Translations under genes and position numbers: made by a program | Part shown: positions 25,741-40,957 of the stretch, one piece after another | How positions within the stretch are numbered: position 1 is the stretch's first letter | How the letters are laid out: each line of letters opens with the position of its first letter | DNA from: Kudoa neothunni | Taxonomy: Eukaryota > Animalia > Cnidaria | Assembly: GCA_964304625.1 (NCBI GenBank) | Contig: OZ199839.1 | Coordinates: forward strand, 10,527,186 to 10,591,185 | DNA length: 64,000 bases | Direction: 5' to 3' | The notes under the pieces: generated by a model | Seen by the model: the letters and a program-made list of their open reading frames with translations, nothing else | The model's database searches: none | What the model was told of the DNA's origin: nothing

Positions 25741-27905
25741 CAATTAATGCGAATGTTCATCAAATATTAATTATAACAATAAAGAATTCTTAGCCGGAAA
25801 TTCCGAGATTATTCAAGAGGAAGGCATTATGCCTTCATCAAAACACTTTGACGAGCTTACTTCTTTGACTGATGAATCTGCTAATTTTTTTAACTGAAGA
25901 TGAACGACTGGTAGAATTTATATCATCCAAAGAGTCATTTAAATGATTAAACACGCAGAAGAAATATACGACAGAGAGGAATAGATTCTCTGGAAGAAAT
26001 AATGAGCAACATAAGTAGATTATTGTATAAATGAAATTAATTTCTTTAAAATAGGTTTATTTTTTCATTTTCGGGCGCCAGAAGTTACGGAAAATCAGCT
26101 ACCTACTTTAACTGATACTCATATTTATAAAGTATTTATTTGACAGAATTTGTTAATTCTTATAAATAAAAATATATCATTTACAGTGATATATTTTCTC
26201 GTACGCAGATATTGTAGTAATGATCTATGAATTGAGTCTAAATTATTATGATATTAATATACTAAAATGATTCAATATTTTTAAGTAGAGGTGCTAGTAT
26301 AACATAAAATGTTTTTAAAATTAATTTAACTATATTTAGAATTTATAAATGTTTTTTACAGTTAAATATCACGAATTTAAATAAAAATAAGTTATTTTCA
26401 AATTCTTAATTTTTTGAATAATTAAAGAAAAACGTTTTAAATTAAAATATATTTTATAACGAGCGATTTTTAATTGAGCATCATTAATGATTCTCAAAAG
26501 GAGACAATTTATATCGTATATTTCATCTTCCATATAGAAACTAAATAGCAAAATTAATATTTAGAGGACTCTTATTAAACTCTTGTTAGTACGGAGCCAA
26601 CTTGAAAAGTCATTAAACATAAATACAATACCAATAATTATTCGTTCGAAACTAAAAACTGTCTATTGTTTTTTCGAAACTTTACAATATTTCTTATTCC
26701 TAATATTTTAGGGTTAAATCCAGGTTTGCCAGCGCTTGGTGTTATGCCCAAGATCTTGGCCTCTTAGAGGTTTTTCAATTTTCTGCAAAACTTGGGGTTT
26801 TATTGAAAACCAGTAAAAATTGAATAAGAACACAACTTTATTATGCGCGACATTAACATTTATATTTTTATTAACTTGTACTATTCAGAATATATCTTGA
26901 ACTATGATGTAATTAATTGCGACTATATTGATCTATATTAGATATTAGGTAGGTGTGAGTGTTCGCGCCAAAAAATCCCAATAATAAGACGTTAATTTAA
27001 ATTCGATATCTGAAACGTAATTATTGAATCGGAAGAAGATTAAAAACTTTAATAGATACGTTTATATTTTTTGTTGTACGTTAAACTAGCGTTTTTCAAG
27101 ACCATGGATTTTTATAAACTCCGCAGGCGGTCCTGCCTTAATGCATTGGAAACATTTCTAATGGGATTATTTGATTTTTGGTCCAACGAGAAAATCAAAA
27201 AACTGAGTAATTTTATTTAATATTCATCTAAAATATTTTCCTTATTATGGTTATATCATTTTTAATAATAATTCATATTAAATACAACTAAAACCAGATA
27301 TAATTATTGCAATCTCGGATATAGCACATTTTTATTAAAACATCATTATTTTTAATTTTGAATGATATAAATCGTTGTACTTCAGATTCTAAGCTATCGA
27401 TAATACATTATAAAAATATTAAATGAAGAGACTTTAAAATTATAACAAGTAAATGAATATGATGCATTCAAATCCAACCTTCAGAGTTCATTATTCCATT
27501 AATATAACGCACATTACGAATATTTCTAATGTTCTTTAATCGCTTTATTTTCCAAAATTTAATAATTTCTCTTTATAATCACCTCTTGAAACGTAGTTAT
27601 TTTAAGCTAACTCGATTAAAAATAGAAAAGGCAGTGGCCATTCCCACGGTGAATTTTAATCCCAGCAGCCCCTACTCACAAACTATATACAGATTTTTTT
27701 AGATTGCTATATTTAATAATTTATTGTCTTTAAAAACGAATAGAAGAATTGGAAATAATTATATATGATCAAAACTGATGACAACTGAATATTATTGACT
27801 TCGTCAAAAGTAACTTCTGTAATTTAAATGGATTTCAATTTAAAAGAACGCACACTTAACGGAAAAATCAAACACTTAACACAACCAACCAAATAGACAT
27901 TCACA

Positions 27906-29539
27906 CTAACAATGATTATCTAAGAAATCCTGTATCAATCCTTGGTAAGTTCTCCCGTTTAGATATTTGTTTTTAAAGTCGTCAAAGGTACAATGCTTAT
28001 TGTGGATGCGGCATGATTCCGTGCACAACTCTGATTCACAAGTTACATCCATACCATTATGGAGAATTCTTAAATAGGAACCATGATCAATATTATTACT
28101 ATCCCAGAGTTCAAAAGTTAGTCTAGATGCAAACGACGGCCATAAATGGAATTTTTGGGGTAGTCTTAACGCCATTATCAGTGGTAGAATAGTGTAATCG
28201 TGAGCACTGTCAACAACAATTGGGAGATATCCTCTAGAGATATCTTTGAGATTTCGAGTGATTTCGAAATTTTTCAAAAAATTTAATACAACCATTCTGA
28301 TCTCAACTTCAGGGTCCATATAAAGATGCTTTTGTTGTTTATGCAGATCCGACAGATAAATCAGTTTGGTACGTATTTTATGCGGCAACGATCCGCTAAG
28401 GATGTTAGATATGTGGCTTCGATGGTGACAAGTCATGACATAGATTCTACCGGTGAGTCTAAATCAACAACATTTGAAGATTAAAGATTTATTAAATATC
28501 ACAATTGAGGGAGAATAAAATCACTTCGATAAAAGGTCGGCGTTTGTTAACATTTTAGAGTTTTCAAGAGGATCTTCATCAAATAATTTGCGCATCTCAG
28601 GATGCAGCACAATTTGTTTGTAAAGATCGATAAAATGTTCCGACGGAATATAGTTGTTTGAGAAATTACTCAATTTCTTGTTTATTCGGTCACAATTGAT
28701 TGATTTTCCCGTAGCAGGATCAATCAAAAGTAGTCCAGTTGCATCGTCGATGATTGCCGCATGAATGTTTGGAATGTTTTTGATAGAAACAAGTTGATCA
28801 TATGTGCTATTGACAAGACCGGCTATGAATGCCAATCCACTCAATCGAGTTCGCATTCTGTTGGTGGTTCTTAAAAATATGTTGTATCTCTCGAAAGCGG
28901 TGTGAGATTTGTATTTTTTGGCGAAAAATTCACCGAGATAAAACATTTGAACAAGGCCTCGAGGCGTGAGCGATCCTAATTCGCAATTGTTGCTGAAGTT
29001 GTACGGTAGCGAAGAAATATTTTTCGTAGGATCAGTGTTTTTGGTGTACATTTTAATATTGCCGAAATTCAGCAACCAATTCTCCACTTGTTTCATTCGA
29101 TTGTGTACAGCTTCGACCGATATAAACGAATCCGCATTACAACTTATATTGGGCGCTAATATCAAGCGATCTAGTTTATCGCTGTTAACCATATCGTTGT
29201 ATGTTCGATCACCATGCCTGAATATTGTCTTAATAGAATATTTAATTCAACGCCGATCAAAAACCAACCAAAAATACATAAACCATAATTAGCTTATTTT
29301 TATCGGTCAGATATGTATTTCCCCCTTCGTTACCTTTGGGGAAGTTATCAATGTTGCAATGACGTAGGTATCTATATTTCAGAGAGCATGTGTGACTGTT
29401 GTAATCGTAAATAACTTCAACAAGTATGATTAAACGTTGACAAACAAAAATAATGCTTCGACTTACAATATGCTATCAGAATAGTTGCTATACTTATAGT
29501 AAGTTTTAAAATCAGTTGTTTGTCCTTTTTCCAATCCAT
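27906..29539 (-). CDS. PXYLP1: 2-phosphoxylose phosphatase 1-like (ACPL2) histidine acid phosphatase, type II membrane protein, multi-exon
   Basis: Start MDWKKDKQLILKLTISIATILIAY (N-terminal TM). Motifs HCN..P...EG, catalytic RHGDRT, CELGSLTPRGLVQ, SAHDYTILP, PSFASRLTFELW and LRILHNGMDVT appear in the PXYLP1 order. Confidence 0.82.
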
Positions 29540-32500
29540 TTTATATTATTCTTGTAGGATTAATCCAACAAATTTATGCCGTAATTACCAAACGCGCAAA
29601 TTTACAAAACTTTCAATCGGAATTTTTAGTGCCTGTGTCGACCGACCGAGTCAGCTAATCCTTCACTGTTTTGATGACTAATAATTGCGCAGATGGATAT
29701 TTTTTACTATTTTTAATGCATTTCTTATTAAAAATATGTATTCTTTGAGTTTATTTATTATGATTTCGGTATTTCCCTATTAATATATTTTCAAGAATCA
29801 TTAAAGGGACCATTTTAAACTACAATAATAACTATTTGGCGCCAATTTAAATCCTCATGATAAGAACTTTCGTTAACATTAAACAAAAATACTGTAGGTG
29901 ACGGCTCATGGGCACCTGCTATGATTTAATGACATACACAATACTGTTACTATTCAAGGTAAATCGAATAAAAGCATAACAATTATAATAAATTATTAAA
30001 ACCTTAGTTTTTATTTTAATTCGCTGTAAATAAGAATTAGCTCAAATTTACGACTTGTGGGCATTTGAAGAGAACCAAACGGTTTCGTTTTTAAAGGATA
30101 AAGTGGATATAACGCCATATTATGAAAACATATCGAATGCAAAAAATAGAAAAACTAAAATCCTCAATTATTTAAAAATAAAATCGCTGACCCTTTAAAT
30201 TTGATTTTGGGTAATCAATAATCCATTCTGAAGGCCCATAATGAAATGAGAACTACAAATAATCGCAAAAAATTTGAAAAATCTTCTATTTCTATGACTG
30301 ATACTCTAATTTATTTGAGTAAAACGTACAAAGTTTTTAGGAAGCGAAATTACCAAATAAAATCTATGTTCATTGATCTAGAACTGCGATTTACGATATA
30401 AGAAAGTCAAAGCGTTACCAGTAAAATATTAATAACTTTTTCAAAACAAAATCCAACTAATAAGTATGATATAAACTTTCAGTTATAATTTACTGAGTAT
30501 ATTAATTAATTTTATGAAATTTATGCGTATCAATATATATATATACTAAATTTGTTTTGATTACTAATCCTTCTCCCTATTTCTTTTGGGTAAAGAAAAC
30601 AATTTTTTGTTTCACTTCAATTTCTTTAAGTATAATTATTCATTTAGAAAGTTTCTGCATGTTTCTATTTAAATCGTCCAAATCTTATGACGAAAATACA
30701 AAATTAATTTCGATTGTTATAAAATTAGATGTGTGAATTTCATTTATTATTTTTATAATTTTTTATTCAACGAAATCATTAATATTACTATCACGTTGTA
30801 TAAATAATTTGTTTCTACGAATTAAAGTCAAGGATCGACTAGATTAATCGCACTTAATTCTTACATCAATATTATAAAAAAATTGTTTTTATTAATATGC
30901 TTTTGAGTGTAAATTCAAACTTTGTGACAATAAGAAAGACTATATTGCAATAAGGTCTTTCTTATTAAAATTGTTATTTGTTCGCATGAGCCATGACTAG
31001 GACTTCAAAAAATCTAGGGTATAAGGATTATCATCTAGTTCGAAGAGATTAAGTCAATGTATTAACTAGATTGCTTGATTCGTTCACAGTGGACTTTTGT
31101 AACCAATGTTAGGAGACTTTTTCTTATCAAATTCAGCAGTGCATTATTTTTTGGAATAAACTATTTTATTTCCTTTAAAATGTCAGCTAAACTGCAGTAT
31201 TACAGTATCTGCGTAGAACTTCGGGCGATGTCGCATACAAAATCGGAAACAAAGTCGTTTTCTACAATTTGTCCTGTTAATTCATTTCTTTATCAAAAGA
31301 TTTTTCATTCTTGTTCTTATTTATCACAAAAAAATTACATTATGTAATTAAATTTATATCAAAAACAAATAACCTATAAACTGGCAATAAATCTTAAGTC
31401 GAGCACATTCGGATTCACGTGGAATCTCTATGTTGTTGATAAATTCGTAAAAAAAATTATTATTTCTCTATAATTTTAACAAATTCAAGGTCATTAATTG
31501 TGCACTGAATTTTTTTTATTTGTATCTATTAATAATAAGTTTGTAAATGTTCAATTTTGAGACCTTGTATTTTAAAAACAGAACTTTCTGATTTATTCTA
31601 TTCAAAATTAGAACGAATATGTTTTAATTTAACTATCGTATTCCTTAGTGTGGTTTTTAATTTATAAATTTTTTCAGATAGTTTATTCACGATTAAAAAA
31701 ATGTTAAAACAATATTTGTTCCAAAATTGACACATGAAAATTTTTAGTTTATTTTATTAAGTTATCTGTTTGTTTATATCCATTAAGTAACGAAAAACAA
31801 AAATACTAACAAATTATTTTTTAATTAAAATTAACTTTAGAGTAATCGTAACGAATCGAAATACACGATTTCTAAGCTTTTAAAATAAAATCTATTTTGG
31901 ATGTTAACAACTCGAAAGCAATTTTTTATTACCTATCTCAACAATGTTTAAATGATGTAAAACCTAAAAATAAATATCTATTACCTAGCTATTGAATATA
32001 AATTGAAATATTACGTCACGTTTTATAATATACTTCAATATTTTGTGCGGTTGAATGTTCCAAACGTTTTAACCTAATATAATTAATTTACTGAGATGTA
32101 TTATATATCAAAATGTTTGCATAAACTAGTAACAACCATGAAATGTTGGAATCATGAAATCCCTATCCAAATCCTTAATATTCCTCATTTAATCACACAA
32201 TAACCCTCGATTCTTTAAAGGCCTAGCCATGACGGCTCAAGGAGAGACGTCCAATGAGACTATCGCAAAGAAACACAATGGTATTATTAAAATAAAAAAA
32301 TTTTTGGTAATGGGAGTATCCAGCTCCAAAAATTCGGCATTTTCCTGTGTTCACACATTCCCTATTTTTTTATATTTGAATTTAACGCATTTTTAAAATA
32401 TTGAATAATCACAAATCAGACCTAAATTTTTATTCTAAAGAATTGCAAAAAATCACGCTTCGGCAACAATCAGATATCGCGCAGCGTAACGCGCATATCT

Positions 32501-33110
32501 GTTCATTACCTTTTTCAGCCTAGTTTGCCATAATAATTAATGCAATTTATATTTTTAAGATTTATAATATTATTACATATTATAAAATATGTTACTGTGG
32601 ATTATTAATTAAATTGAACCGCCGGAATACATGTCGATTGTTTATTGTGCTTTTTTAACCTTAATTTTTCATATTTTATGTTAATAACTATAAATTGTCA
32701 CTTAATAAATTATTTTTCCATAAATAGAACCTAAGCGGTAAGTCATATATAGATATATTTTAAAATTTATATAATTGTTTTGTTCGCACTGAGGAATATA
32801 TATAGTCTTCAACTTATCAGCAAAAACAATGTACGCGAAGTACCATTTATTGTTCGATAATTTGCAAACAGGATCCGAGATTATTAGTAAGGTATAACAC
32901 CGATTAAATGATATACTAATCACTATTTTACCAAAGAATGAGGCGATACAATTAAAAAAACACCACTACTTTACTTTTTTCAGGAATTTTTGTAATATTA
33001 TTGAAATTATTATCTACCCTAATTTTATTATTATATACTGTACACAAATTTAGAAAAATAGATTAACATAGAGAAATTTTAAAGAATACACAGAGTAATA
33101 TTGATTTTAA

Positions 33111-35478
33111 CCTTCAAAGTATCTTTGAAGTCCATTGGACCCCAGCACGAATGTCGTGGAGGTTTTGCGGATCATTCGTTGTCTAAAATGCCGACTTTAC
33201 CATCTTTATATCTCCAAAATTTAATTAATGTTGGAGATATTTTGTAATCATTTGAGATCTCTCTCTTATCGAGATTTTATATCAATTATATACACATGGC
33301 GTTTTATGGGGTCCAGCGAACCACACATTTTTTTTCTTATAATAATTTCTATCGTTGCAATCTATTAGAAAATTTGGGTTTATTGGTTTCCGTAGGTGTG
33401 TGATTTCACCCGTTTGCATCTTTGTTTTGAAATGGAAGAGATTGACCGCCAATTTCCAACTACCGATGAATCTGATTTCAGCGAACTTGAAGATGATTAT
33501 TTGGATGATTTTGATCACAACAATTTATACGTGGATAAAAATGTGCTGTGAACATCCGCTATCCCAACCACTACAAAATCTAGAAAAGAAAATGCGATGA
33601 CGAAAAATCCAGACATAACTGCATATGAAAACTCACGGGTTGGTGATATTAATGATTGTTTTACTTTATCCCCCAATGGTGAATTTGATCGGATCGTCAT
33701 TGCAAACACTAACAAATATGGAGCTTTTCATTATTGTGAGAAATGGAAAATGCTAAATATTATTTAATTTAAAGCGTATCTTGGTATTTTAATTTACATG
33801 TAAATATTCCAATCCAAAATGGAATCACTCAAACAATTATGGAGTATTGATAAAGGGCGTGAGATTTTCCGAAAGATTATGCCATTGACCAGGTTTACAC
33901 GGATTAACAGAAGCCTCCATTTTGATAACTATGAGACTAGAGAAATGTGTAAGGTCAGCGACAAATTCTGCTACATAGGGGACGTATTTGAAGAATGGAA
34001 AAATATTTTACCTATGAGTTTAATTCCGCATGATGATCTAACAGTTGATGAACAACTAGTTGCGTGTCGTGGTAGATATTCGTTTAAACAATATATGCCT
34101 TCCAAACCAGCTGTGTATGGCATAAAGTTTTTTGTTCTAACAGACCCAATCACCAATTTAGCCCACACTATATCTGTCTATCTCGGTGGAAACAAAAATG
34201 CTCAAAGAGCAAAAAATGTTGGAGAAAATGCCGTTTTGAACCTTCGTTCTTATTTAAAAGAAACCGGTCGAAACATCCTATGTGATAACTTTTTCACATC
34301 GGTTTCATTGGGGTAAAAACTTATTGATCTAGATTTAACATTGTTAGGAACACTCAGACATAATGAAAGAGACATCCCGCCTATTTTAAAACCCCGAAAA
34401 TCAAGAAAGATTCTTTCCGTTATTTTTATTATTGTATTAATTGGAAAAAATATCTTATTATCATATGCACCAAAAAAGAATACGGCAGTTATTTTACTAG
34501 CTACATCTTCCAACAGCACAAATATTACAGATGATAAAACAAACAAACCTGAAGTTATTGTGGATTACAATAAAACCAAAGGAGGCTTGGATACGATCGA
34601 CCGAATATTGTCAATGACGAGCGTTAAAAGATATACCAAAAGGTGGCCAATAGTGATTTTTTACAACATGATTGATATAAGCCTGGTAAATTCCTATTAC
34701 TTATACAGAGTCATTTTAAAGAACCCCAATATCTCAAGAAATCAGTAATTGGAACAGTTGGCAGATTTATTAATCGAACCTTTTATTGGCGGCGATGAAT
34801 CTTTTCCGTTCGATGAAAATACTCTCTTTGCATCGAAGAAAAGGTGTATCATTTGTTGTAACTGTGTAGATCAACCTAAAAATTGATTTAAACTCCTATT
34901 TTATTTATTAGTTTGTTCGTGTTGATACATTTTTCAATCATAAATGTAAAATTGCAGTAGATCATAATGCAACGTGTATATCTAAATAGCCAATGTTAAC
35001 AAAATTAGGTGTCTTTGTGATTTTTATATGTGAGGTGATAGAAATAAAAAGTTTGAAACGCATAAATATATTTATAACTTTAGGGACGTTTTATATTTGA
35101 AGCTTTACGAAAATATTGAAGGTAAATTCTAATAAAACCATAATTGATAAAAACTGTACCAGCTGACTTTTAAGTATACCAATGTTAATTTTTTTCTAAT
35201 GATAATTTGTATATAACATTTTTCATTATAAAAAACGATTTAATCGAACTAAATTAGAGAAACAACTAAAATAATCGTAATTTGTTGTTCGGTAATTTTC
35301 GGTTGTGTCGGAAATGCAATATTTTGGAATTATTATTTTTTCTCTACGATAGAATTTTTGTAAATAATAAGAAATTTCTTTTTACAATTTTTGAAACGGA
35401 ATAAACGAATAAAAACCTGGGGTCCATTGGAACCCAAAAAACGCTCGATGTATAGGCGGTTTTGGCAAGCTCAGAAGG
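33111..35478 (+). mobile_element. piggyBac transposon (second family), transposase pseudogene
   Basis: TTAA|CCTTC ... GAAGG|TTAA, with the subterminal palindrome GTCCATTGGAC(C) at both ends. ORF fragments LTVDEQLVACRGR.SFKQYMPSKPA.YGIK, GRNILCDNFFTS and DYNKTKGGLDTID..KRWP, interrupted by stops. Confidence 0.92.
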
Positions 35479-35939
35479 TTAATTTTACTTTGGGACCAAA
35501 TTGACCCCGATCATTGGATAGTTAACTGTTATGATTTCACATTTTGATCTCCAATAAATCTTAATATATTAATCTTTTGTAAACGATGTTTAGGTAAACA
35601 AATTGTTCTTATGTAAACAAATAAATGCTGGCTGTTATCGTGAGAATTACCTTGGTTCATTTTTTGCAGCATGATAAAAAAAGGACTCAATACCTGTTGC
35701 TAAAATGACATTTATATCTTGAATCGTTCGTTTTTCATAAGTTGTTAGGGGAATTAATTTTTACCCTCTACAGTGAAAATCTTCTAATAATTACTTGAAT
35801 ATGTCTAAATTATTAAAGAATAAATAAATTCAATGCTGTAACGGAATAAATATGAATATTGAAACAAATTAATCAAAAAAAGGATTGTAATATGTCGGGA
35901 TTGTCGAATTAAACAAGAATATTAATTGGGACTTTAGAC

Positions 35940-37703
35940 ATGATGTTAATTCAGTTGTTGATTTTGAGTATTTCTACGTTTTCTTCATGTGAAGAAATTC
36001 TAGAAGTAAATTTTGATACTAAACTTAGCTGACCTTTCTGGATTTAGATAGCTGACTTCTGCGTAACTAATCATAATCTCACTTCCAGGTATGTTTCGAC
36101 ACATAATAACTCTTCCTGTAACAAAACTAACAACCGTTCAACAGAAATTACTTTGATAACTACGTAATAAATTTGAACACACCGCCGGAATTGAGGTGGT
36201 CGCATATTTCCAAAAAATACAAGCAACACGTAAGTTCCTGATTTTTGCCAACAAAGTCATACAGAATGTAGATACAAAATTTATTTACGAATGTTGAAAA
36301 ATATTTTGGATACAAATTTCGATTTATCCGTTTACTTATGGTGATATTATTACGTTTAAAAATTATCGTTAATATAGAATTTAGCATCTTGTTGTTCCAT
36401 TGATACCAGAGGAATACGTAGCTGAAATGAGAGGAATTTCTTTGGCGGCAGATGTTCCGTTTGATTTTATAGTTTTTTCGAATATTCTATATGAAATATC
36501 CTCATTTTGTACTTCTATCGTTATAAAGAATGGATTCAATGGTTATGAAATTATTATTCCTCCTTTATATCTTTCTAGGAGATATATATCATGGAAGAAA
36601 CCTTGATTTCGAAGCTTTCCTACATTGGAATGAGACCAGCCACACTTGGGTAATGAGTGACTTACTTCGTAAGTTAGCAATCGAAACTACATGGGAGGTA
36701 ATAAATGTATAAATAATCGTAATATGTGGTTGTTTAGAGGGACAATAAATTTCTAGCTAGATCTACAACATTCGTGGGTTATGTTGGATTCCTAACAGCA
36801 ATGTCAGCTGTAAACAATTTTCTTAATATCAAATCAATTATTTCATGTTTTAGGATCGTTTCACTTATTCTATCAATCGAAGAAAGACCATATCTTCATC
36901 TATTTTTGGTATAAACATGGGATTTGTTTATAAAATTTGAACTTACATATTATAATATTAGATCTAGTCAAAAATATATTTACTGCAAAATTTGTAGGAT
37001 TAGTTGCCAGAGAATTGATTTTAAATCGGACCAAGTAATTGATTTTATTTTTAAAATATTTATCCATCTGATAGATACGAGGATGCAATGCATGTGTTTA
37101 TGACACAGAAATTTATTGCATCATCTTACATTGTTATTGGAAGCGATAAACATAGGGTAACAGTACTTATTCTTTTCCTCTTAATTAAATATTGTATGTA
37201 GGCGGCAGTCATAACTCGGGGTGAAAATAAAGTTGACGCCATACAAATGTAGGAATAATTTTAAACATAGCTCTCATCTAATGTGTTAGAATGGATGAAA
37301 ATTCTGAGAAATGGTTTCTAGAGATAACAAACAGCGATGTTCCTGAATCAGATTTTCCGGTTGATAAACGATATTCTGCTGTAAGTGTCAACTTACCTTA
37401 TTTACTTTTATACGCTACTTAGGCTAAAAGATGTCTCGAAAATTTAAAACATGTATTTCATTTTTATTAATAGTTGTTATTTAATTTAATCTAGAATGAG
37501 AAAGGAGCTCTAGAAAAAAATGTGACAGAGTCACTTCTGAATATCCTCTCAACAAAACCAATTCTTAACAAAGTTATTGATAAGTCTTAATTATTTCAAA
37601 TTTAGTTATGATATAGAAAACCATCCACACGACTGTAATGAAATTGTCTAATAACAGTAGTAGTTCCTATTTGCGTGATTGTCCTGATCCATGCCCATAT
37701 TAA
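35940..37703 (+). CDS. ASAH1: Acid ceramidase (N-acylsphingosine amidohydrolase; Ntn-hydrolase), many short exons
   Basis: Signal peptide MMLIQLLILSISTFSSC. Motifs YVINLNTPPELRW, EMRGIS, YEISSF|CTSIV (autocleavage site and catalytic Cys), YHGRNLDF, FVGYVGFLT, LSTKPILNK. C-terminus LRDCPDPCPY-stop. Confidence 0.9.
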
Positions 37704-38023
37704 CATACTATACCCTTAATAACTCTTTAAACAATTAAATGATTATGTTCGTTTTTATTACATGACCTACATTTATTATTAAAAATAAAAATAATTATTT
37801 GCATTTATAATCTGTAACCCGATGTTTCCAAACCTCTTATCTATCGCGCCCCACTTTTCTTGAAAAAAGATCCGTGCCCACCTTTTGCAAAAGTACTAAT
37901 TTTTTTAAGTTAAACTGTTTATAACATTGAATAATGCTTCCTATCACATTAAAACTTGAAAGCAATTAATATATACTTGTTTTCTCATTTAATTTAAAAT
38001 TAATTTGATCAGGTCCAACTTAA

Positions 38024-39942
38024 CCCCTTCGCGTCCAATGTGCATTTGAATGTACATAAGAAAAATACAATTTTTAATACACGTAACTATTGTTTCATAC
38101 AACATATTTGAAGTATCATAAGCAATACCTAATTATCTTCATTATTTCAAAGTACGAATAATTTTCCTTGAAAATTTATGAAAATATTAAGTTTTTCATC
38201 AATATATTGAGCAAGCTCCAAATGTGAAAGATTACAAACATAAAATTGATCAGTGTTAATTATCAATGTCAACTTTCGGAAATATTTTGAATTGTTCATA
38301 ACAAATAATAAATAGTTATTTGAGTATTATAGTTTGTGCATTTAAATGCACATTGGGATCTCGTGGCACGCACATGTTGAAGATACTCCTTACGATATTT
38401 CGGACATATCTGCGAAAAATAGAAAAATTAAGTAAGAAATAGTTATTCTGCCAGATGGCGATATTTTAGAACCAGTGATATGTTCAAAAAAACAAAAATA
38501 TCTATACTTTTGAAAAATTCGATGACTACTCTAAAACCCAAAATGAGGCTGCTACCAACGAAGAAACATGCGAATCGAACTTCAAATTTAATTCTAATAA
38601 AGCAACAACAACTTTAGGTGATATTATTGATTTTGAGAATTTAGAGTGCTATTTGAAGAAATAAATGGACTTTTTAATCCTATCAATTACTTCAACCAAT
38701 TTATCAAACAATCCTTCATAGATTTGATGATTGAACAAACAAACGTTTATTTCAGACAGTCTAACTCATATTTCCAAACTGATAATGATGAAATAGAAAA
38801 GTATATCGGGGCTCTCATCTTAATGGGTATAATAATAGATATCGTCGCTATTCACAAAAATGTTTTAAATTTGAGCCAATTGCAAACGTGTTCACACGCC
38901 GTAGATTTGAGTTGATTTCAAAATTTTGTCATTTCAAAAACAATGATGAAATAGTCGCCCAACAATCCAATCCTGATTTTGATAGGTTTTGGAAAATAAG
39001 ATCATTTTTGGATCATTTAATATCAGATTGCTTAAAGATTCAACCCGAAAGGAAATTATCTGTAGATGAACAGATGATATCATTTAAACGTAGGTGCTGT
39101 TCAAAGTAATATATGCCTAGAAAACCTGCCAAATGGGGATTTAAAATAATAACATGAGGATATTTTATTGGTTATTATACAAGAGAAATAGTAAATCGAG
39201 AAAAATAAAAGAGAGCAAAATATAAGATTTACTGAGTTTCACCTAGTCAGTATGAGTGTAATGTTTCTTAAAAAGGAAACAACCGTAGAGATAAAAGCGG
39301 ATGACCATCATTATCATCAGATAATGAATTGGAAAATTCAATAAACCGGAAAATCATGTCTTCCTCTCTTTCTAACGATATCCTCCGATTCGACAATGTT
39401 GGGCATTCCTCGAAGTCATCCCACACGCAATAGATACAAACTTTGTCAAAATATTCCGCAAATCAATATCATTAAATGCGAAGTGAGCTGTTACCGAATT
39501 AAAGAATGGAATTGTTTCTACGAATTTCATCGAAAACGAAATTAATTAATTTGAATCAATCCGTACGTTTCATTATACTGTGTTTTATTTATTTACAAAT
39601 TATTATGTAATTTTGTCTTCTCATCTTAGTGAAATTGAATAAGCGGAACCAATACGTGTTTAAAAATAAATTTATAATAAAAAATTGCACTCTATTGATA
39701 GCATAAATCTATATATATTATTATAAAAATGAAAAATTTGGAGATGGTTATTTTAAAACTTTTGTTCATTTTCAACTCTTTACCATTTAGTCCCAGTGTA
39801 CATTTTAATGCACATGAACAAGATTTTTTAAAATCTAAATGATAAAATTCTTTTTTCTAGTTAAAATTTAAAATTTTTACTAATAGATGTCCCATTAACA
39901 ATATATATTTTTAAGAAAAACAAAAAATAGAACGTGTAAGGG
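38024..39942 (+). mobile_element. piggyBac transposon (third family), internally deleted
   Basis: TTAA|CCCCTTCGCGTCC ... GAACGTGTAAGGG|TTAA. Repeated palindrome GTGCATTTAAATGCAC(A) at about 38040, 38336 and 39797. Fragments EQTNVY, EIEKYIG, RRRFELI..FCHF, DRFWKIR, LSVDEQMI.FK, YMPRKPAKWGFK. Confidence 0.9.
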
Positions 39943-39949
39943 TTAATTT

Positions 39950-40957
39950 ACCGATGGACTTTAAAAGTTAACGTCTGTAGTTCCTCATTCCGCCAAAAAC
40001 AGCGACAAATGATACTCGTGGTAATCCAACATTCATTAAGAAAGATTTTCGTGTAATCATTTCTAATAAACGGAAAATACAAAATTAATCAAAAATATAT
40101 TAGGTTTAACCAAAAAAAGAGATACACCCCTCTAAATGAGACATGATTGAACTTCAAACCATTCTGATTCTATTCGATTGGAGGACACGTTCAATCTTAT
40201 TATTATTATTATTATTATTATTAATTTGTATATAATTAGTCATCACTTTTTGTATTTTTTGTGACGTTAATCATCACTTAATAATAGGCTATATCGAAAA
40301 TCGCGATATCGACTTCAAAGTACGTCATACTTCCCAATTATCTCACCGTTATCCATGTCACACCAATACTCAGGATTTTCCGCGTCCCACCAGAGCGGTT
40401 CATTAAACGTTCAAAAATCCCATGCCTCATCAAACTCTTTTCACGCTCCACCAGTGGGAAACATTGTTGTAACCCATTTTGAGTTTGTGCAAAATACAAT
40501 GCAATCTCGGACTTTGACCATAATCCGTTCTGGAAGCGTTCCCAAACTTCGATTTGTTCAAAATCTGAATAATTTTTTCCCGTGCAAAATAATGAAAATT
40601 AGTTTAATTCGTTACCGCACTCAAATAAATGACGATTTTTATCCTTATTTATGAAAAAAAACATGCATACCTTTTGTTTATAAAATATAAAATTGAAATA
40701 TTAAATACATCAATAAGAATGAAATCTAGGATAAATATTTTTTGGTTGTCATACGATATAATTTAAAGGTTTCTTTTCCGATGATTTTCTCTAAATTTGA
40801 TCAAGCGAATCTTCTCCTAGAATTTCTGTTCTCTGATTTTTGCTCCAGCTGGATTTGTTCTGAATACCCCTTCTATATTTGTTCGAACTCAAAGTGTTTC
40901 TAACTCGAAATTTTTGGTCAAACCCCGATTTGTACGAATTCCGAGGTTGCACTGTAT
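39950..40957 (-). mobile_element. Probable pogo/Tigger remnant
   Basis: Tigger-like terminus CGAGGTTGCACTG|TA near 40942-40956. Only weak coding similarity internally. Confidence 0.35.
40197..40223. repeat. (TTA)9 microsatellite
   Basis: Read directly from the sequence. Confidence 0.9.

Noticed and set aside
29805-30194. Kolobok-like MITE (TTAA|AGGG...CCCT|TTAA)
   Set aside because: Only about 5-6 bp of terminal match, which is expected by chance in this sequence.
33111-39942. A composite transposon carrying ASAH1 between two piggyBacs
   Set aside because: The two elements have different TIRs, and each has its own complete pair of ends with TTAA, so they are independent insertions.
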